Positions 12,732 to 26,656 of a stretch of DNA of 49,366 nucleotides are shown here, piece by piece. The position numbers were made by a program, and so were the translations under genes. The stretch covers positions 28,827,931 through 28,877,296 of the forward strand of contig JBOZIK010000001.1 in the NCBI GenBank assembly GCA_051453625.1, given 5' to 3'. Source of the stretch: Welwitschia mirabilis. Taxonomy: Eukaryota. The notes beneath the pieces were generated by a model. The model did not search any database. It saw nothing but the letters and a program-made list of their open reading frames with translations, and was not told the origin of the DNA. Numbering within the stretch: the stretch's first letter is position 1; each line of letters begins with the position of its first letter.

Positions 12732-13759
12732 CATACTAATAAAGTTAAGCATTAATTTTTAACTATATGAATGATTGATTTCAATTTCTTCATTTCATCA
12801 ATGAAATTGAAAAATAATATAAGATCAAAGTTAAGAATTTTAGTAAATTCCAATTATACTATAAGTTAATATTATTAAGAAATACATAAAATCCTAGCAT
12901 AGATCTCATATGTAAATTTTGAAATATTAAAAAAAAGAGTAAATTAATCAAAAATAGTAGTTTTAATAATACACTTAGAAAGATGAGTGAAAAATGATTT
13001 AGATAATTAAAAAAAATACTTTAAGACCTTTATCCTTTACAAAGTAAAAATGATAATACTAGTTTCAAAAGATACAAATTTAGGAATCAAAAAATATCAT
13101 GGTAATTGTAAAAATTCTAACATATTTGGTATAAATAAAACATACTATAATTCTAATTTATTAACTTGTCGAAAACTAACATATTTATCATACTAATAAT
13201 ATGAGAAAATTTACTATAGAATATTACAAGAATTTATTAGTGAATTCAAAATAAATAAATTGAGTAATACTAATAATGTTAATTCTTTTATAAATAAACA
13301 TTTAAAAGATTCCAAGTTATAACTACTTTGAAATAAACCTAAAAAGAAAGAGATAAAGGAAATTTCATCTAAAATAAATCTTAAGTAGTTTCTGGACCAA
13401 GACATTGGTTAGACAGTATGTAAAAGTAGTAAGTGTAATAAGATACTTGAATTTTTTTTTGAAGTTTAATAAAACACTTAAATGTGTAAAGAAAAATGAA
13501 CATAAAATATTTTACAATACAATATCGGTAAAAAAATGAAATGCATAAGTTAAAAAAAATTGAAAAGACTTCATTGTTAATAGAATTCCAAAAATAATAA
13601 TGTAATAACACTACATTTAAATTGACATAAATGATGAATGATGAAATTTATATATTATGTAAATTTAAAACTCTTATCAAAATAAATATTGACATTTATG
13701 ATAATTCATTAAGAGAATTTATTTTAATTAATTATTATGAATTTATTCATTTATATGTT

Positions 13760-14270
13760 TGTTAAATAGTTTAGAAGTTTCTTTCATTAGGATAAAATTA
13801 TGCTACATATAAAACATATCTTAAAGATGAAACATATTATTATAACTATGTTTTTTGTTCTATTATTTCATTATTTTATTTAACACACCCCCTCAAACTT
13901 ATAATTATTTATCTTTAATTTAGGTATCTTATCAAAATTACTAAAACTTACTTTTTCTAAATGGATTTCATTATTTATTTGCTTTTTTAATTGCATGTTG
14001 GCATAGAAAGGATTAATAAAATCTTTCAAAGTAGAGTTATCTAATATTGTTAAATTTAGCATGCTTAAATTTTTCACGAGACATTAGATTCATTATGGAT
14101 TTGATTCTACTCTAATTATTATAATCAATAGAAACTAGAATTTGTATTTCTTTTCTTAGGTTTTGTTTGGATTTGATGAATTTAATTTATTTCATAAGAT
14201 AAGGTAGAAGCTATAATGTATTATTCTATGTTTAGCTCTAGCCTTGTCTAAATCTACATAGAGAGCTTTT
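13760..14270 (-). mobile_element. 3' end of a second Ty1/copia element: RNase H remnant, PPT and short 3' LTR (13760-13885)
   Basis: Minus strand: YVDLDKA (cf. YxDADWAG), NLMSREKFKH (cf. NPVxHERTKH), PPT TTGAGGGGGTG abutting TGTTAAATA. The 126-bp LTR candidate is bounded by a perfect 9-bp inverted repeat TGTTAAATA...TATTTAACA. Confidence 0.75.
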
Positions 14271-15089
14271 ATATTTTTTAAGTTCTATAATAAATTAATT
14301 TATCATACAAGACATCATTGATTTAATAATCAAAATCATTCATGAAATAATAATGTAAAAAGAAAAATTATGAAAATAGGGATTATAAGGAAAAATATTC
14401 TATGAATAGAATCATCACTAATTATGTGGTTGATCATAATGAATTCTAAGGAATTTTAATAATAGAAAATAAAATACGACTTGTAGGCTTAGGAGCATCA
14501 AATTATATAACAAGTAATAAGGAATTATTCTTGAAGCTTATGTTAATCATGAGTTTCATCATGAAACATCTAATAATTATGTATAAGACAAAATAAGAAG
14601 TAGCATAGACAAAAATTATGGAATTATCCTATCTCACCTTGATGAGTATCCTATAAATTGAAAACTTTAAAATGAATTTAATTTCTATTTTTCTCTACTT
14701 AATGATGATTATGTTTTAAAAAAAAGTTTTAAAAACTAAAAATGGATTACACTACATAATAAAAAATGGAAAGCAACATATTAGGATGATGGAATTTTTT
14801 AGTTACAAGTAAAAAGAGCAAATGATAATTTATTATGAACCATAAAAATAGATGAAATAATGCTTTCATAGTAAAGATTATGGCATACAGACTTTTAAGT
14901 TTTATAAAATCTAACATTAATTAAGTAATAAAAATTCAAAATTCATAATTAAAGAATTAATATATAAAGACTCTCAAATGGGTGAAATACATTAAAAGAT
15001 ATTTTAAGTTATGTTTGAAAAATAGTAGCTATAAAACTTAATTGATCTAAAGTAACATATACATACCTTTATAAGTTTCATCCATAAAA

Positions 15090-15165
15090 GACCAAAACTA
15101 ATTCCTTGTCTTCATTGATGATTATAGGACCAAAACTAATTCCTTGTCTTCATTGATGATTATAG
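15090..15165 (+). repeat. Perfect 38-bp tandem duplication
   Basis: GACCAAAACTAATTCCTTGTCTTCATTGATGATTATAG twice. Confidence 0.97.
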
Positions 15166-15410
15166 TAGGATGTGTTTCATATATTTCTTATGAAAAAAGG
15201 TTCCAAATTCTTGATATTTTTAAATTATTTTCTACACTTTTCAAAAGATAGATGGACTCAAAAATTAAAACTCTCAATGAAAATTGAGGAGGATAATGTA
15301 TGCTGAATGATTTTTATGATGAACATGTAAAGGATAAAACTTAACATGAAGAAATTTCAACTTATACATTGTATCTCATTAATGTAACTAGAAGTTAAAA
15401 ATATATCCAT

Positions 15411-16913
15411 TGTTATGAGTCTAATTGTTGATATTTAATATTATGTTTAAAATATGTTTTAGGTATATTTAATAGGTTTCCTAGCTAAATAGGAACAACC
15501 TAAAGCTCAATTAAGATGATCACGTGCAGCACCAAATTTGAAGATAATGAACTCTTTTTTTCTAATTAATTTTTCAATTCTAAATTAACCATAGTATTAT
15601 GAATATAGTATAGAATTATAATGATGATTAGGACATTAGCAAATGAAGAAAAGACTAGTACTTACCTAGTTGTTCAGATGATACTGAAGGGAATGACAAA
15701 CAAGATTAATAAATAAAGAAATTAAGTTTCTACTAATAATCATTTACCCTATTATCAACACCACTCTATAGGATGACAATAATTATAGTAATCAAATCAC
15801 ATCTTAAAGATAGCACTAAAAACTGAGAGAGTGTACCATCAAATTTAGCACATCTAGAAGAGATAACAATGTGCCAATTAAGTTAGAATTCATGATCAAG
15901 CTTAGAAAAATACCTGATATTAATTAATGTACTTGAAAAAAGTGAATAAATATTATATTCATTAAGAAAATATTTATATCAATAAGAAAATCAATTATGA
16001 TATAAGAAAGTATAGAAGACTAAAGATGAATTGCCATCCACTTGCTTATCTAGAAAACACTCTGAATAATACCAAAAGCATGAAACTCAACTATCACTAG
16101 GAAGGAAAGTGAAGGAGAAGAAACCATTAAACGAAGTGATCAATCATCATCCACCATGCCATCTAGATGATACCTAAGTGAATGACAATCTTAATGAATA
16201 TAAAACAAACTTCATTAATCATGAAATCATTAATATAATTGTCTCTAATCTTATAGAGCTCTTCAGTAATCCTAGTAGTTATTACAAATACATAAATACC
16301 CACTCAGGTTCCTCATTTTTTATCTTTGATGTATTAATTAATCCCATGAATATTTGGAGATTGATTGAGCAATAGATCCATTATAGTTACAAAGAAGGAT
16401 GTTTCTCGATGTTGGGTTATGTCTTATTTGTTGAGACATTCTTACTTTATAAGGGGAAGTGGATATTTTGATCAATAAAATATTGATTAAAGTTCTCTTT
16501 CAAATTAATTTCTAATATTTCTTATAGTTTATGCTAGTTATAATTAATTGGAAATCTTTTATAATTTATATCAATTATGAGGGCTAACTTGGATGACAAT
16601 AAGCTAGTACACTTGGTTAGGATTTTCTTTTAGGTTGCATCCATCTTTGCATCTTGCATTCATTTATTGTATCATTGCATTTCCATCAGTTTATCATTTA
16701 AAAGCTAGGATAAAGATTCATTTTAGTTTCTCTCTTTTTAATTAAAAAAATAATCTAACTTCTTATTTAGAATTCCTCTGTAGAATATGATATTTAGGTT
16801 AACTCTTATTTACTAGTATTATTTATATGAGTTTATTAAGAATTGTAGTATTAAAACCGAAAATATTCATTAGAAGAAAATACAAAATTAATTACATAAT
16901 TCAAACTCTAACA
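15411..16913 (+). repeat. 5' LTR of element A
   Basis: Starts TGTTATGAG, ends CTCTAACA. Collinear with 24452-24733 plus 31602-32896. Confidence 0.9.
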
Positions 16914-16916
16914 AAT

Positions 16917-16934
16917 TGGTATCATTATTGTGGA
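16917..16934 (+). promoter_or_regulatory. Primer binding site of element A (decayed tRNA-Asp type)
   Basis: TGGTATCATTATTGTGGA versus the Athila PBS TGGCGCCGTTGCCGGGGA. All but one difference are C>T or G>A. Located 3 nt after the LTR end. Confidence 0.75.
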
Positions 16935-19648
16935 GAAGTCCAAGGTAGTCTAAGAGGTTGATTTTTAATATTCAAGTAAGTAAATTATTTTCAAGATATT
17001 TACTTTTATAGTGAGTACATATAATTTTTATTCTTCTTAGATTAGTTTGCACTTTTACTTTTTTAGTTTAGGCTTCTTCTGCAATTTTTATTAGTCTTTA
17101 TTTTTATTTAAAGTTGGATATTATCATATTTTTAATAAACTTAATCTGTACTTTGTGTTAATCCATTATTGGTAGAACCTGTTTATTGTACTTTTTGTGA
17201 TCTAGAAGGGAGTTTTTTGCTTGGATGTGATGATGTTTATTTTAACCTTTTATGAAAATGCAAAAAAAATGATTACAAATAAAAAGCATCAGTGGGAGAA
17301 TAAATTCATTAGTAAAATAGTTAAAGAAGTATTAATGGATTTAAATTTAATAATTTCATATGAGAAAGTTTCATTTCATACTAGAATATGGGAAGACAAT
17401 TATTCTACTTTTCACATTTCTAACAGTAATTTTTTAAAGCCATCTTCTTCTTCAAATATTATCTTTCAGATGTTTTTTTCTTCTAAACCTTTAAAAATAT
17501 ATACCTCTGCTAACACTTCTAGTTTTACCACATTAACTATTAATGAACTATCAACTCAAAGAAAAAGAGAGATCCAAAACACCTTTGACCTATCTAATAA
17601 AGATGATGTGGAACTTAAAAACTATCCTACCTTCTTAGAAGATGATTTAAAAACACTTTTAAATACTTAATTAAAATACAATAAATCATTATTACTTTAG
17701 GAAATAGAAAAAAGAAGAAACTGATAGGACATACATGATCATTTTTTATTTCATGCTTGGAGGTAAGGATAAAAATTCATTATAAACTACCCCCAATAAA
17801 AGCTTTAAGACTTGGATTCAAGTTCAAGATATCTTCATAAAATGATTTATAAGTAAAAAAAGCATGAGGAAAAGAGAAAGAGAAAAAAATCAATTTTCCA
17901 CAATATCCTCATGAAGATTATGTTACAACCTATGAGGGATTTTTTATTATTATCTCATCCAACCATGTAGATGAATTTTTAGAGAATAACTTGTTAACTA
18001 CTTCTATAGTTTATTAAATAGTCAAACTAATCAACTAGTAGATTTTACATGTGGTAAAAATTTTCTATACTCAAATTTAAAGGATTATTAGAAAATTTTA
18101 GAAGGATTGGTGGAAATTGGTTGAACATAAACTAAATTAATTATTAAAGAAAATAGAACTATATGGTAAATGCTGAAAGGTATCAAGAAAGTTCAACATG
18201 GGGAGAAATCTATCCCTAAAAACCTAATTAAAGATCATACCAGTACATTAGAAACTTACATCAAATACTTGACTACTGCTAAAGTATTAAATGAACAATC
18301 TCAATCCTCAGTACCTTTCTTCTATTATGAAATATGTGAGGGTAACTCCCATTACACTAAAGATTATCCTAGCTTACCAACATATTGAGAAATAATTTAT
18401 GAAAAATCCTATGTTTAATCAAAGATCTAATACTTTAAAATAATTAATAATTCAGCCATGAAATATGGGATTACAACCAATCTTTAGATCCTCTTTGATA
18501 ATAGACATGGGAGCAACAACTTTTAGTCTAATAATCTTTAGTCAAATTATTTTCAGATCAATCCTTTCAACTATATTAAAAATTATTCCATTAGATATTC
18601 AATTGAGGAATTGAAAAAAATACAAGAGGCCATCAAGAAGAATATGAAAAACATTATAGGAACATTTCAACAAACCACACTAAGGAACCAAAGACCTCAA
18701 GGTTTCCTTACCACCGAAACTATTCCTAACCTAAATGATGTTAAAAAGGATTTGAAGATAGTAACAAGAACTTGAGATGATACAACTCCCAATGAAGTAG
18801 TCCCTACTTATCACAACCAAGAAGATCAAATCCATGATGATGATATACAAATTATTAATCAACGTATCTTTCCTTTGGCTTTTAAATTAAAATTCAATTA
18901 TGACACAACCAATGAAAACATAATAAATAAATCCATAACTCCTTAGTTAGAAAGATTAAAAACTAATCATATCTATAATAATTATCCTAAGGCAATTATA
19001 TAATATGTGAGAATCAACCTATGTTTCTATAAAATATTGTTAAATAATCCTAAATATTACAAATTATAGAAGGACTTAGTCAAGAGAAAATAGAAAAGCA
19101 CCATATCAATATAGTGTCTAGTGCATTATCCCTTTTTAACTTATTAGCACATAAGGGTCCAAAATTCAAAGATCCATGGGCAGCCACAATTAGTGTTATC
19201 TTAGAAGGGAGTAAAAAGATCAAGAAAGCACTAATAAACATAAGAGAAATTGACAAAATTATTTCATTTTACATCTACAAAATGTTTAGATTGGGAAACA
19301 TGATTCAATCATTGAAAAGTGTGTTAGAAACAGCTAATGAAACTCTTAGAAAATGAATTAGAGTCATTAAGAACATTGTTATGCAAATTGAAAAGGCATT
19401 TTACATTATAGATTTGATTATTATTGATGTAGAACATAATGAAAGGTATCCTTTACTCTTTGAGAAAGATTTTTATGCAATAGTCCATTTCATTATTAAT
19501 ACATGAATACAAATGATGGAATGCCATGTAGAAAATAAGAAATTCATGACTAGAGTTTTTAATGTTGTAGAAAAGATTTAAATAAAAGTTTGATATCAAG
19601 TAATAGATTAAACCCTCCATGCTTATTTAACATCATCCTTTAGAAGAA

Positions 19649-19693
19649 AGGCTTCTTACTTTACATGACCCAGGCTTCTTACTTTACATGACC
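19649..19693 (+). repeat. 23-bp-period tandem duplication
   Basis: AGGCTTCTTACTTTACATGACC twice, separated by one C. Confidence 0.95.
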
Positions 19694-20189
19694 TAGCTTT
19701 ATTTGATAATCTTGAACAATGTGAAGAAATATTAGAAAGCCTTAATTCCTTTAATCCGTGTAATATTAATAATAACCTTTGGGGTAACAACTTGAATAAG
19801 AAAAGAAATGAAAACTTTAAATGACTCATTAATCATAATGTTCAACATGTTAAAATCATAAAGAATCTCCTACATGAAGAAATAATTCCAATAACAATAA
19901 TGGATAATTCTAATTTGAAACTTAAAGTACTACTAAATGGACTATAATACATCATTATAAATAATAACCTCTAGGAATCATTAATCATTAATGCATGTCT
20001 TAATCCTTCTTAGTAATAATCACTAATTCAACTTCTTAATTCCAGAAAACATCTTTTGTTTAAACTCATAAATATCTTTTAATGATTTATTCTTTCATTC
20101 TTTAACATAAAATTTATTTGTAAGATAATGCTAAACCTAATAGATAACCACAAAGGAGATTAATCCTAACCTTAATAACATATTAAAGG

Positions 20190-20390
20190 AAGAAATCATT
20201 TTAGTTTCTCTATTTTTAATTAAATAAATCTTCTAACTTCCTATTTATAATTCATCTCTAAACTTGACATTTGACTTAACTTCCATATACTAGTGTGTAG
20301 TATGTAAGTTTACTAAGAACTGTAGGTATCATATCTAAAGGATTCATTATAAGAAAATACAAAATTGATTACATAATTCAAACTTTAACA
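20190..20390 (+). mobile_element. 3'-terminal fragment of an A-family LTR embedded in A's own RT
   Basis: Collinear with 16716-16913 and ~32700-32896. Ends at the exact LTR terminus ...TTAACA. Confidence 0.9.
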
Positions 20391-23300
20391 AATCAATTTC
20401 ATTGCATATCTAATAGTAAATGTGTTAGTCCTATTAGTATAGAACCAAAAAAAGTGGGAGATTATGAATCTGTAATGATTTTAAAAAGCCTAATAATGTC
20501 ACCAAAAAAATACTATTATCCCTTATCGTTTATGGATTAAATTCTTGATAGAACCTAAGGCCATGCATATTATTTTTTTCTTGATGAATATAGTAATTAC
20601 AACCAACTATGCCTAGCCACTAAAAATCAAGCCAAGACAATTTTCACCTATTCTTTTGGTATCTTTTCCTTGAGAAGAATGTCCTTTAGTTTATGTAATG
20701 CACCTAGAAACCTTTCAAAGAGACATCAGAGGTATTTTTTTAAACATGATTAATAAGTGAATAAAAATATTCATGGGCTACTTCTATTTTTAGGTATTCT
20801 TTTAAGAAAACAATATAAAGATTAGAAAATGTCCTTACTTAATGCATAGAAACCTACCTTAATTTAAGTTTGAAAAAGTATTATTTCTTTGTAAGAAAAG
20901 GGATAGTATTAGTTCATTATATTTCTAGTAATAGTAGTCAAATGAACCCTATTAAAATAGAAACCATTAGAAACTTTTCTTTTTCAATCAATGTAAAACA
21001 ATTTAGATCTTCTCTTAGTCATGCTAGTTTTTCGAAGATTCATTAAGGACTATGGTAAAGTTTGAAAATTCTACATTCCTTCTTACCTTAANNNNNNNNN
21101 NNNNNTGTTAACATGCCTTTGAAAATATTAAAGAAAATAACCTTCAATGCCTATTATAAGAGGATCTAATTGGAATAAAGACGTTGAACTTATGTGTGAT
21201 GTAAGATAATATTGTTGTAGTAGATGTATTAGAATAGAAATATGAAAAGAGTTATTTGTTATATTAGTAAAACATTTAAAAGATTCCAACTTAATTATAC
21301 CACTACCAAAAAAGAAATGCTTGCCATCATCTTTTGTCTTAATAAACTTCAATACTATCTTTTTTGTTTTTATATTAATGGCTATACTAATTATGTTTTC
21401 ATTTAATATATCATGATCAAGAAATATTTTAGTACAAGACTTATTAAATGGGTGTTTTTAATGTAAGAATTTAACCTAGCCATCATTCAAAAAAAAAAGG
21501 GAAACCGAATTATGTTGTAGATCATTTATCTAGAATACCTCATAAACAACATCCCTTACATTTTTCTCCATACCATTCTATTTAAGATAATTTTTTAGAT
21601 GAACAATGCCTTTCCATTACACATTTTTATTTCATCTCTTCTAAACACCTTGCTCGATGGTATGTTGATATTGTTAATTATCTTATTAATCTAAAAACTT
21701 TCTAACATTGGATTTATAGTCAAATAAAATATTTTTTAATAGAATAGGAGAGTATTTATAGCATGAACTTAACCTCTACCATAGATGTAAAAATGAACTC
21801 ATGAAAAAATTTGTGTTAGAATAGGAACAATATGGTATTCTTACTCTTTATCATGATGGTGTGTGTTAGGTTCCTTTTAGTGATAAAACAACTTTTATGA
21901 AAATCCTTCATTCAGGTTTCTATTAGCCTATTTAAATTAAAGATTTACTTGACTTTATAAAAAAATGTGATACTTGTCAATGTTTTAGTAGTATTTCTAG
22001 ACATTAAGACATTTCCGTTTAACTTGTCTTAGAATGTAAACCTTTTAATTATTAGGGTATAGATTTCATAGGCCCTCTAACACCATCTTTGTATAATAAA
22101 ACTTACATCTTACTATTTAAATTATGTAATGATATAGTTATAAGTCATCTATATGATCATGAATAATGCTAAAAATATCTATTCTTTTTTTAAATATAAC
22201 AGTTTTCATAGCTTTGGATCACTTAGAATCTTCATTAGTAATCAAGGCACTTATTTTATAAACATAATTTCTAGGAAATGCCTCCTCTCTATTGGAATTT
22301 AGAATATAATAGCAAATAATTATCATCCTCAAACCAATGATCAAGTTGAAAATGCTAANNNNNNNNNNAAAATAAGAGGACTTGGTTTCTCAAACTTCAT
22401 GATGTACTTTAAGCTTATCATACTACTTAGTGTAATTAACTTGGTATTTTACCTTATGAACTTTTGTATGGTAAATATTATGTTCTTTTCATTTATGTAT
22501 TCTATAATTCCTACAAAAGCATCCTAAACTTGGTGTCATGGATTTTGATGTTAGCCTTTACATAAAGTAGTTCAAGTTCAACATATCGATAAGAAATACA
22601 ATCATGATATTGATAGATAATTCATCCAAAATTCTCAAGTAAGATATTACCATGATAAAAGCTTATCTATAAATTTTTTCAAGTTGGTTAGTTGGTTCTA
22701 TTATTTAATACTCAAGTACATCTTCTTCATAATATATTAACCTATAAATGGCTTGACCTTTACCAGATAAAGAAAGTGCATGTTAATGGCTTTATTGAGA
22801 TTTTTGATTTGATCATTATTAAAGGTTTAAAGTAAATGGATAATAGTTGAGGTTATATCCATCACCTAATGATTTTTATTATAATATGAACATAATTGAA
22901 GCAATTAAATTAGATGATTCTATTACCTAAGAGGGATATCTTTCCTTTACCATTGTCTAAATTATTCCTTACCTAGATTCTATGGTTGAGTTATTTTACT
23001 AATTGATCATTTACTAACTCGATTTTTTATTAAAATTTACATGAGTTTTTATGAAAGTAATTCTTTACTTTTGGAGCTCAAAATCATAAAGATTAGATTT
23101 TAACCAATATAAGCAATTCCTATATCTATGAACTTCAAAATGTTTATGATAACTTCTACTTAGATACTAGTTATGTCAAATTAGAAGCTAATTAACAACT
23201 TTATAAATAGTTAATTTATAATTAAATGATTAATAAATATTTCAAAAAGAAAATCATATTCTATTATTTTAGAAAAAATTAAAAAGAAAAGAAAAATTAA

Positions 23301-26173
23301 AAAAATTAAAAGGAAAAAAATATCCAAATAAATTCCATGATGTTCTATCACAAGCATACTATGGTAATTTTTTTGAAAAAGAACCTTTGATAGTATGATA
23401 TGTTATCTATGAAAAATTCATCAAAGAGTTAGTTGACCATGATCTAGTATTAAATGTTAGGTTCTGACTCTTTTGGTAGTGGTTAAGCTTCCCTCATTAT
23501 GATGAATGATATTTCTTAACACCTAATTTACTTGATATTCTTAACTCTAGAGTCATAATTTCATCAACATGATAAAACACATTGATCATTAGATAATTCA
23601 TTAGCCAAAGTTAGTTATTTATTTATTAAAGGATTGAATTCATCTTAGTCTTAATATTATATTAATAATTTACAAAAGAATCTTTTAATATTGTTGAATT
23701 TATTTTTAATATCACATGAAGCTTCTTGGTATTTAGCACTCAATAATACACCTATACTATTAAGTATTTCTATCATGAATACCATTTAGTATGATTAAGT
23801 TAATATTTAGGAGAAATTCGTTAGTCTTCTACATTTAGCTTTACATCCATTTCTATTTTTCATATTTTTTAGTGTTTCTTTTTGAATATATTAAAGCCAT
23901 TACTATATTTTACCCTTATCTTAATAAGACATAGATTTTTAATGTTTTGTTATTTCTAGTTCTTTAGCCTTCTACTAAGCATACTCTTGATTTTATCTTT
24001 GACTATCACTTTCATTTCCATCTTATTTTTCTGTTTTGTTTTCTCTTTCCTGATGATGATTTTCTCTTTTATTTTTTTAATTTTTTACAACCCTTGATAC
24101 CTTCCACTTGTTCTTTTTGATTCTTAGAAATAATTTTTCTTAAATTTTGAGACAAATTTATCTACTTTATGGATGTGAAATCTTTGGAATCCTCAGAATA
24201 TTGGCTTTAATTGAAAGGAATTTATTTATTAAAAATATGCCTTTCATAGAGTTAAAATAATAAACTATGAATTTAATGAATATATTCCTCATGAATTTAA
24301 ATTGGAATATATTTTTAATATACATTATATGCTTAAGAATATAATATCTTTTATGCTTAAGTACTATGTTTCATTTTTTTTTCAATTTTACTCTCTTTTA
24401 TTCTTTTTCACTTTCATTGTCAGTGCCTAATAAATGATTAGTAAGGAGCAATGTTATATGTTCAATTGGTAATATTTACTTTTAGAGTATATTTTAGGTA
24501 TATTTAATAGGTTTCCAAGCCAAATAGGACAAATATGAAGATTAATCAATATGATGACATGAAACACTAAATTTGCAGATAATGAACTCTTTTTTTTGAC
24601 ATATTTTACACTTTTTAACTTATTGAAACCATCATGAATCTAGTGAATAATTATGAATGATGATTATAAGGCCAAAAGATGAATAAAAAATTATTATTAA
24701 CATAGTAATCTTAATTATACTCAAGGGGATAATTATTTACATGCCAAAATTGATATTTTAAACAACTATAATTGATTAACTTAACATAAGAAACAACATT
24801 TAATTTATTAATTTATCATAAAATGATGTATTTTATTAATTTTAAAATAAAATTTAATATTATGATCTTTTCTATCATAATTTTAAATCTTTATCCATAT
24901 TTTGAAACATATAGTAAAATATGAATACAACTTCACACAAAACAATCATGACAATAGAGAAATGAGGAGGTGACAAATAGCAGTAGCATTAGAAGACATG
25001 TGGTAAAGGTATGTGGAGGTGTTACTAGAGACATGTGGTAATAACAATAGTTGGTAGAGTAATCACACTCCAAAGGACATGAGTTAAACTCATCATGATG
25101 AAGATTCCACTTAATGCTATATGATGATCTCAACCAAATACTATAAGACAACCTCCACCAAATGCTATAAGATGAAATATTATCTACTTAATGCTAAATG
25201 ATGAAGATTTTACCTTAAGTTACAAGCTAAGACTTTGTAACCATACCTCACCTCCATCTCTCCTTATAGAAGGGTGTTGAACCCCTCATTGTATTCATCT
25301 TTTGATTGGCTTATCTTGGGAAAGAATTAGAGGCTAGAAAGTCATGATGCTTTAACTCTCTTTCTTATGAGTAGAATGACCCACGAATAGTTAAGAAGTT
25401 CTTCATTTTCTCCTCCTTCATAATTTTAATGCATATTTTTTTAAGTTTATACAAGAATTGGTTTAAGCCCTTTTATTATTAATGCATAATTTTCATTAGT
25501 ATTAGTGATGTTTAGGTAGGACTAGCTCTTAAAATAGGTCTTATTCTTTTATTATTCTTACATAGTAAAATGGTATTAGCAATTTTTAAGTAAGTCATAT
25601 TTAATATCAAGTTCTTTCAAACTACATGAGTTATCTAGCATACTTTCATGATTTATAGTTTCTATTTTTTAATAGATCTTATGCATTTAGTATCATAATT
25701 TATATGCTTATAAAGGGCTATAAAGTATTAAGAGGATTCAATAACTGATCAACACTTATGTAGTGGATGAGATTATGCCTCTATGTTAAGCCTTAATGAC
25801 TTGATCGTTATAAGTATGTTTCAAGATATAGGAATCTTTTTAGCAAAGGAGGAGAGTTCGATGATTCACTAAATTCTTAGAATACTCTATTCCCTTACTT
25901 TGTTAACTGAAGATCACTTTCTCTTTCTCAGACCTTAATTTATATTATATTTGATTTTTCATTATGAGTTAGAATAATTATGCATATTTTAATTAATTTA
26001 CCACGTACATCCTTGTGAAAGAATGATACTAAGTATTTTAATTAGTTTAAATCTAGACACTGTGCTATAATTAATAGATTTTGATACCATTACCAGAATG
26101 TATTGGCATAGTAATGTTTCATGAGTACATGATTTTTTTTCTTGAAATTTTTAGCTATATTTTTTTTTCTTTT

Positions 26174-26385
26174 CAATGATGGGTATTGATCCTTTTTTCA
26201 GTGACATTCAAACTGGTCCATTTCTTCCCCTATTTTCTATGTTTGTTTATTTTTATTTCTAATGATGGATACTAGTTCTCTTTCTAGTGGTACTTAAACT
26301 TTTCCGTTTTTTATTTTATGTGTTTTTGGTTTTCCATTTAGTGATAGGTAATAGTCCATTTTTAATAATACGTAAACTAGTTAAC
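26174..26385 (+). repeat. Three degenerate ~80-87-bp repeats in the 5' UTR of element B
   Basis: ARTGATRG...RGTYC...AAACT motif recurs at ~26175, ~26262 and ~26340. Confidence 0.55.
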
Positions 26386-26557
26386 TATTTCGATCCCAAA
26401 TTATCATGTTTTAATAGTGTAATTGATGATGTTTTGTAGGGAACAGGAACTCAATTCAATCATTTTCAAGCATTTTATCATGATCTGATCTAACCATCTA
26501 ATTATGACATTAATGCCATATTTTGATCTAGAAAGGGAAGAATTCAACTAAGGAACN

Positions 26558-26656
26558 NNNNNNNNNNNNNNNNNNNNNNNNNNNNNNNNNNNNNNNNNNN
26601 NNNNNNNNNNNNNNNNNNNNNNNNNNNNNNNNNNNNNNNNNNNNNNNNNNNNNNNN
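26558..26656. other. Assembly gap
   Basis: Run of N. Confidence 0.99.

Larger units (their letters stand above)
12750..15410 (+). pseudogene. Ty1/copia gag-protease-integrase remnant (5' half of the split copia element)
   Basis: UBN2-like NFEILK...NTLRKMSEK...KKIL...SKD (~12915-13075); LGASNYIT (cf. DSGASxHMT, ~14490); NLISI (~14675); LWH (~14878); FLVFIDDYSRMC-IYFL (~15140-15190); KIKTL...GG (~15262); EVKNISI at the breakpoint. Confidence 0.8.
17600..22930 (+). pseudogene. gag-pol pseudogene of element A (gag, protease, RT, RNase H, integrase)
   Basis: Gag SFKTW / INFPQ-PHE (~17800-17920); KFKDPWAATIS (~19163); QRR-NP...KEEI (~20150-20197); YPLSFMD*ILDR...FLDEYSNYNQ (~20516-20607); RRMSFSLCNAP (~20674); ELMCDV (~21186); NYTTTKKEMLA (~21293); CDTCQ (~21966); GIDFIGP (~22056); YHPQTNDQVE (~22321); KVNG (~22830). 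Confidence 0.92.

Noticed and set aside
15090..15165. 38-bp direct repeats as a CRISPR-like array
   Set aside because: Two adjacent copies with no spacer, inside a copia integrase, in eukaryotic context with no cas genes.
16917..16926. TGGTATCA as a tRNA-Met PBS for element A
   Set aside because: The following bases fit a deaminated TGGCGCCGTTGCCGGGGA, not TGGTATCAGAGC, and the pol is Athila-type.
17221..17670. 149-aa ORF as a host gene
   Set aside because: Lies in the leader/gag start of element A, low complexity, TTG start.
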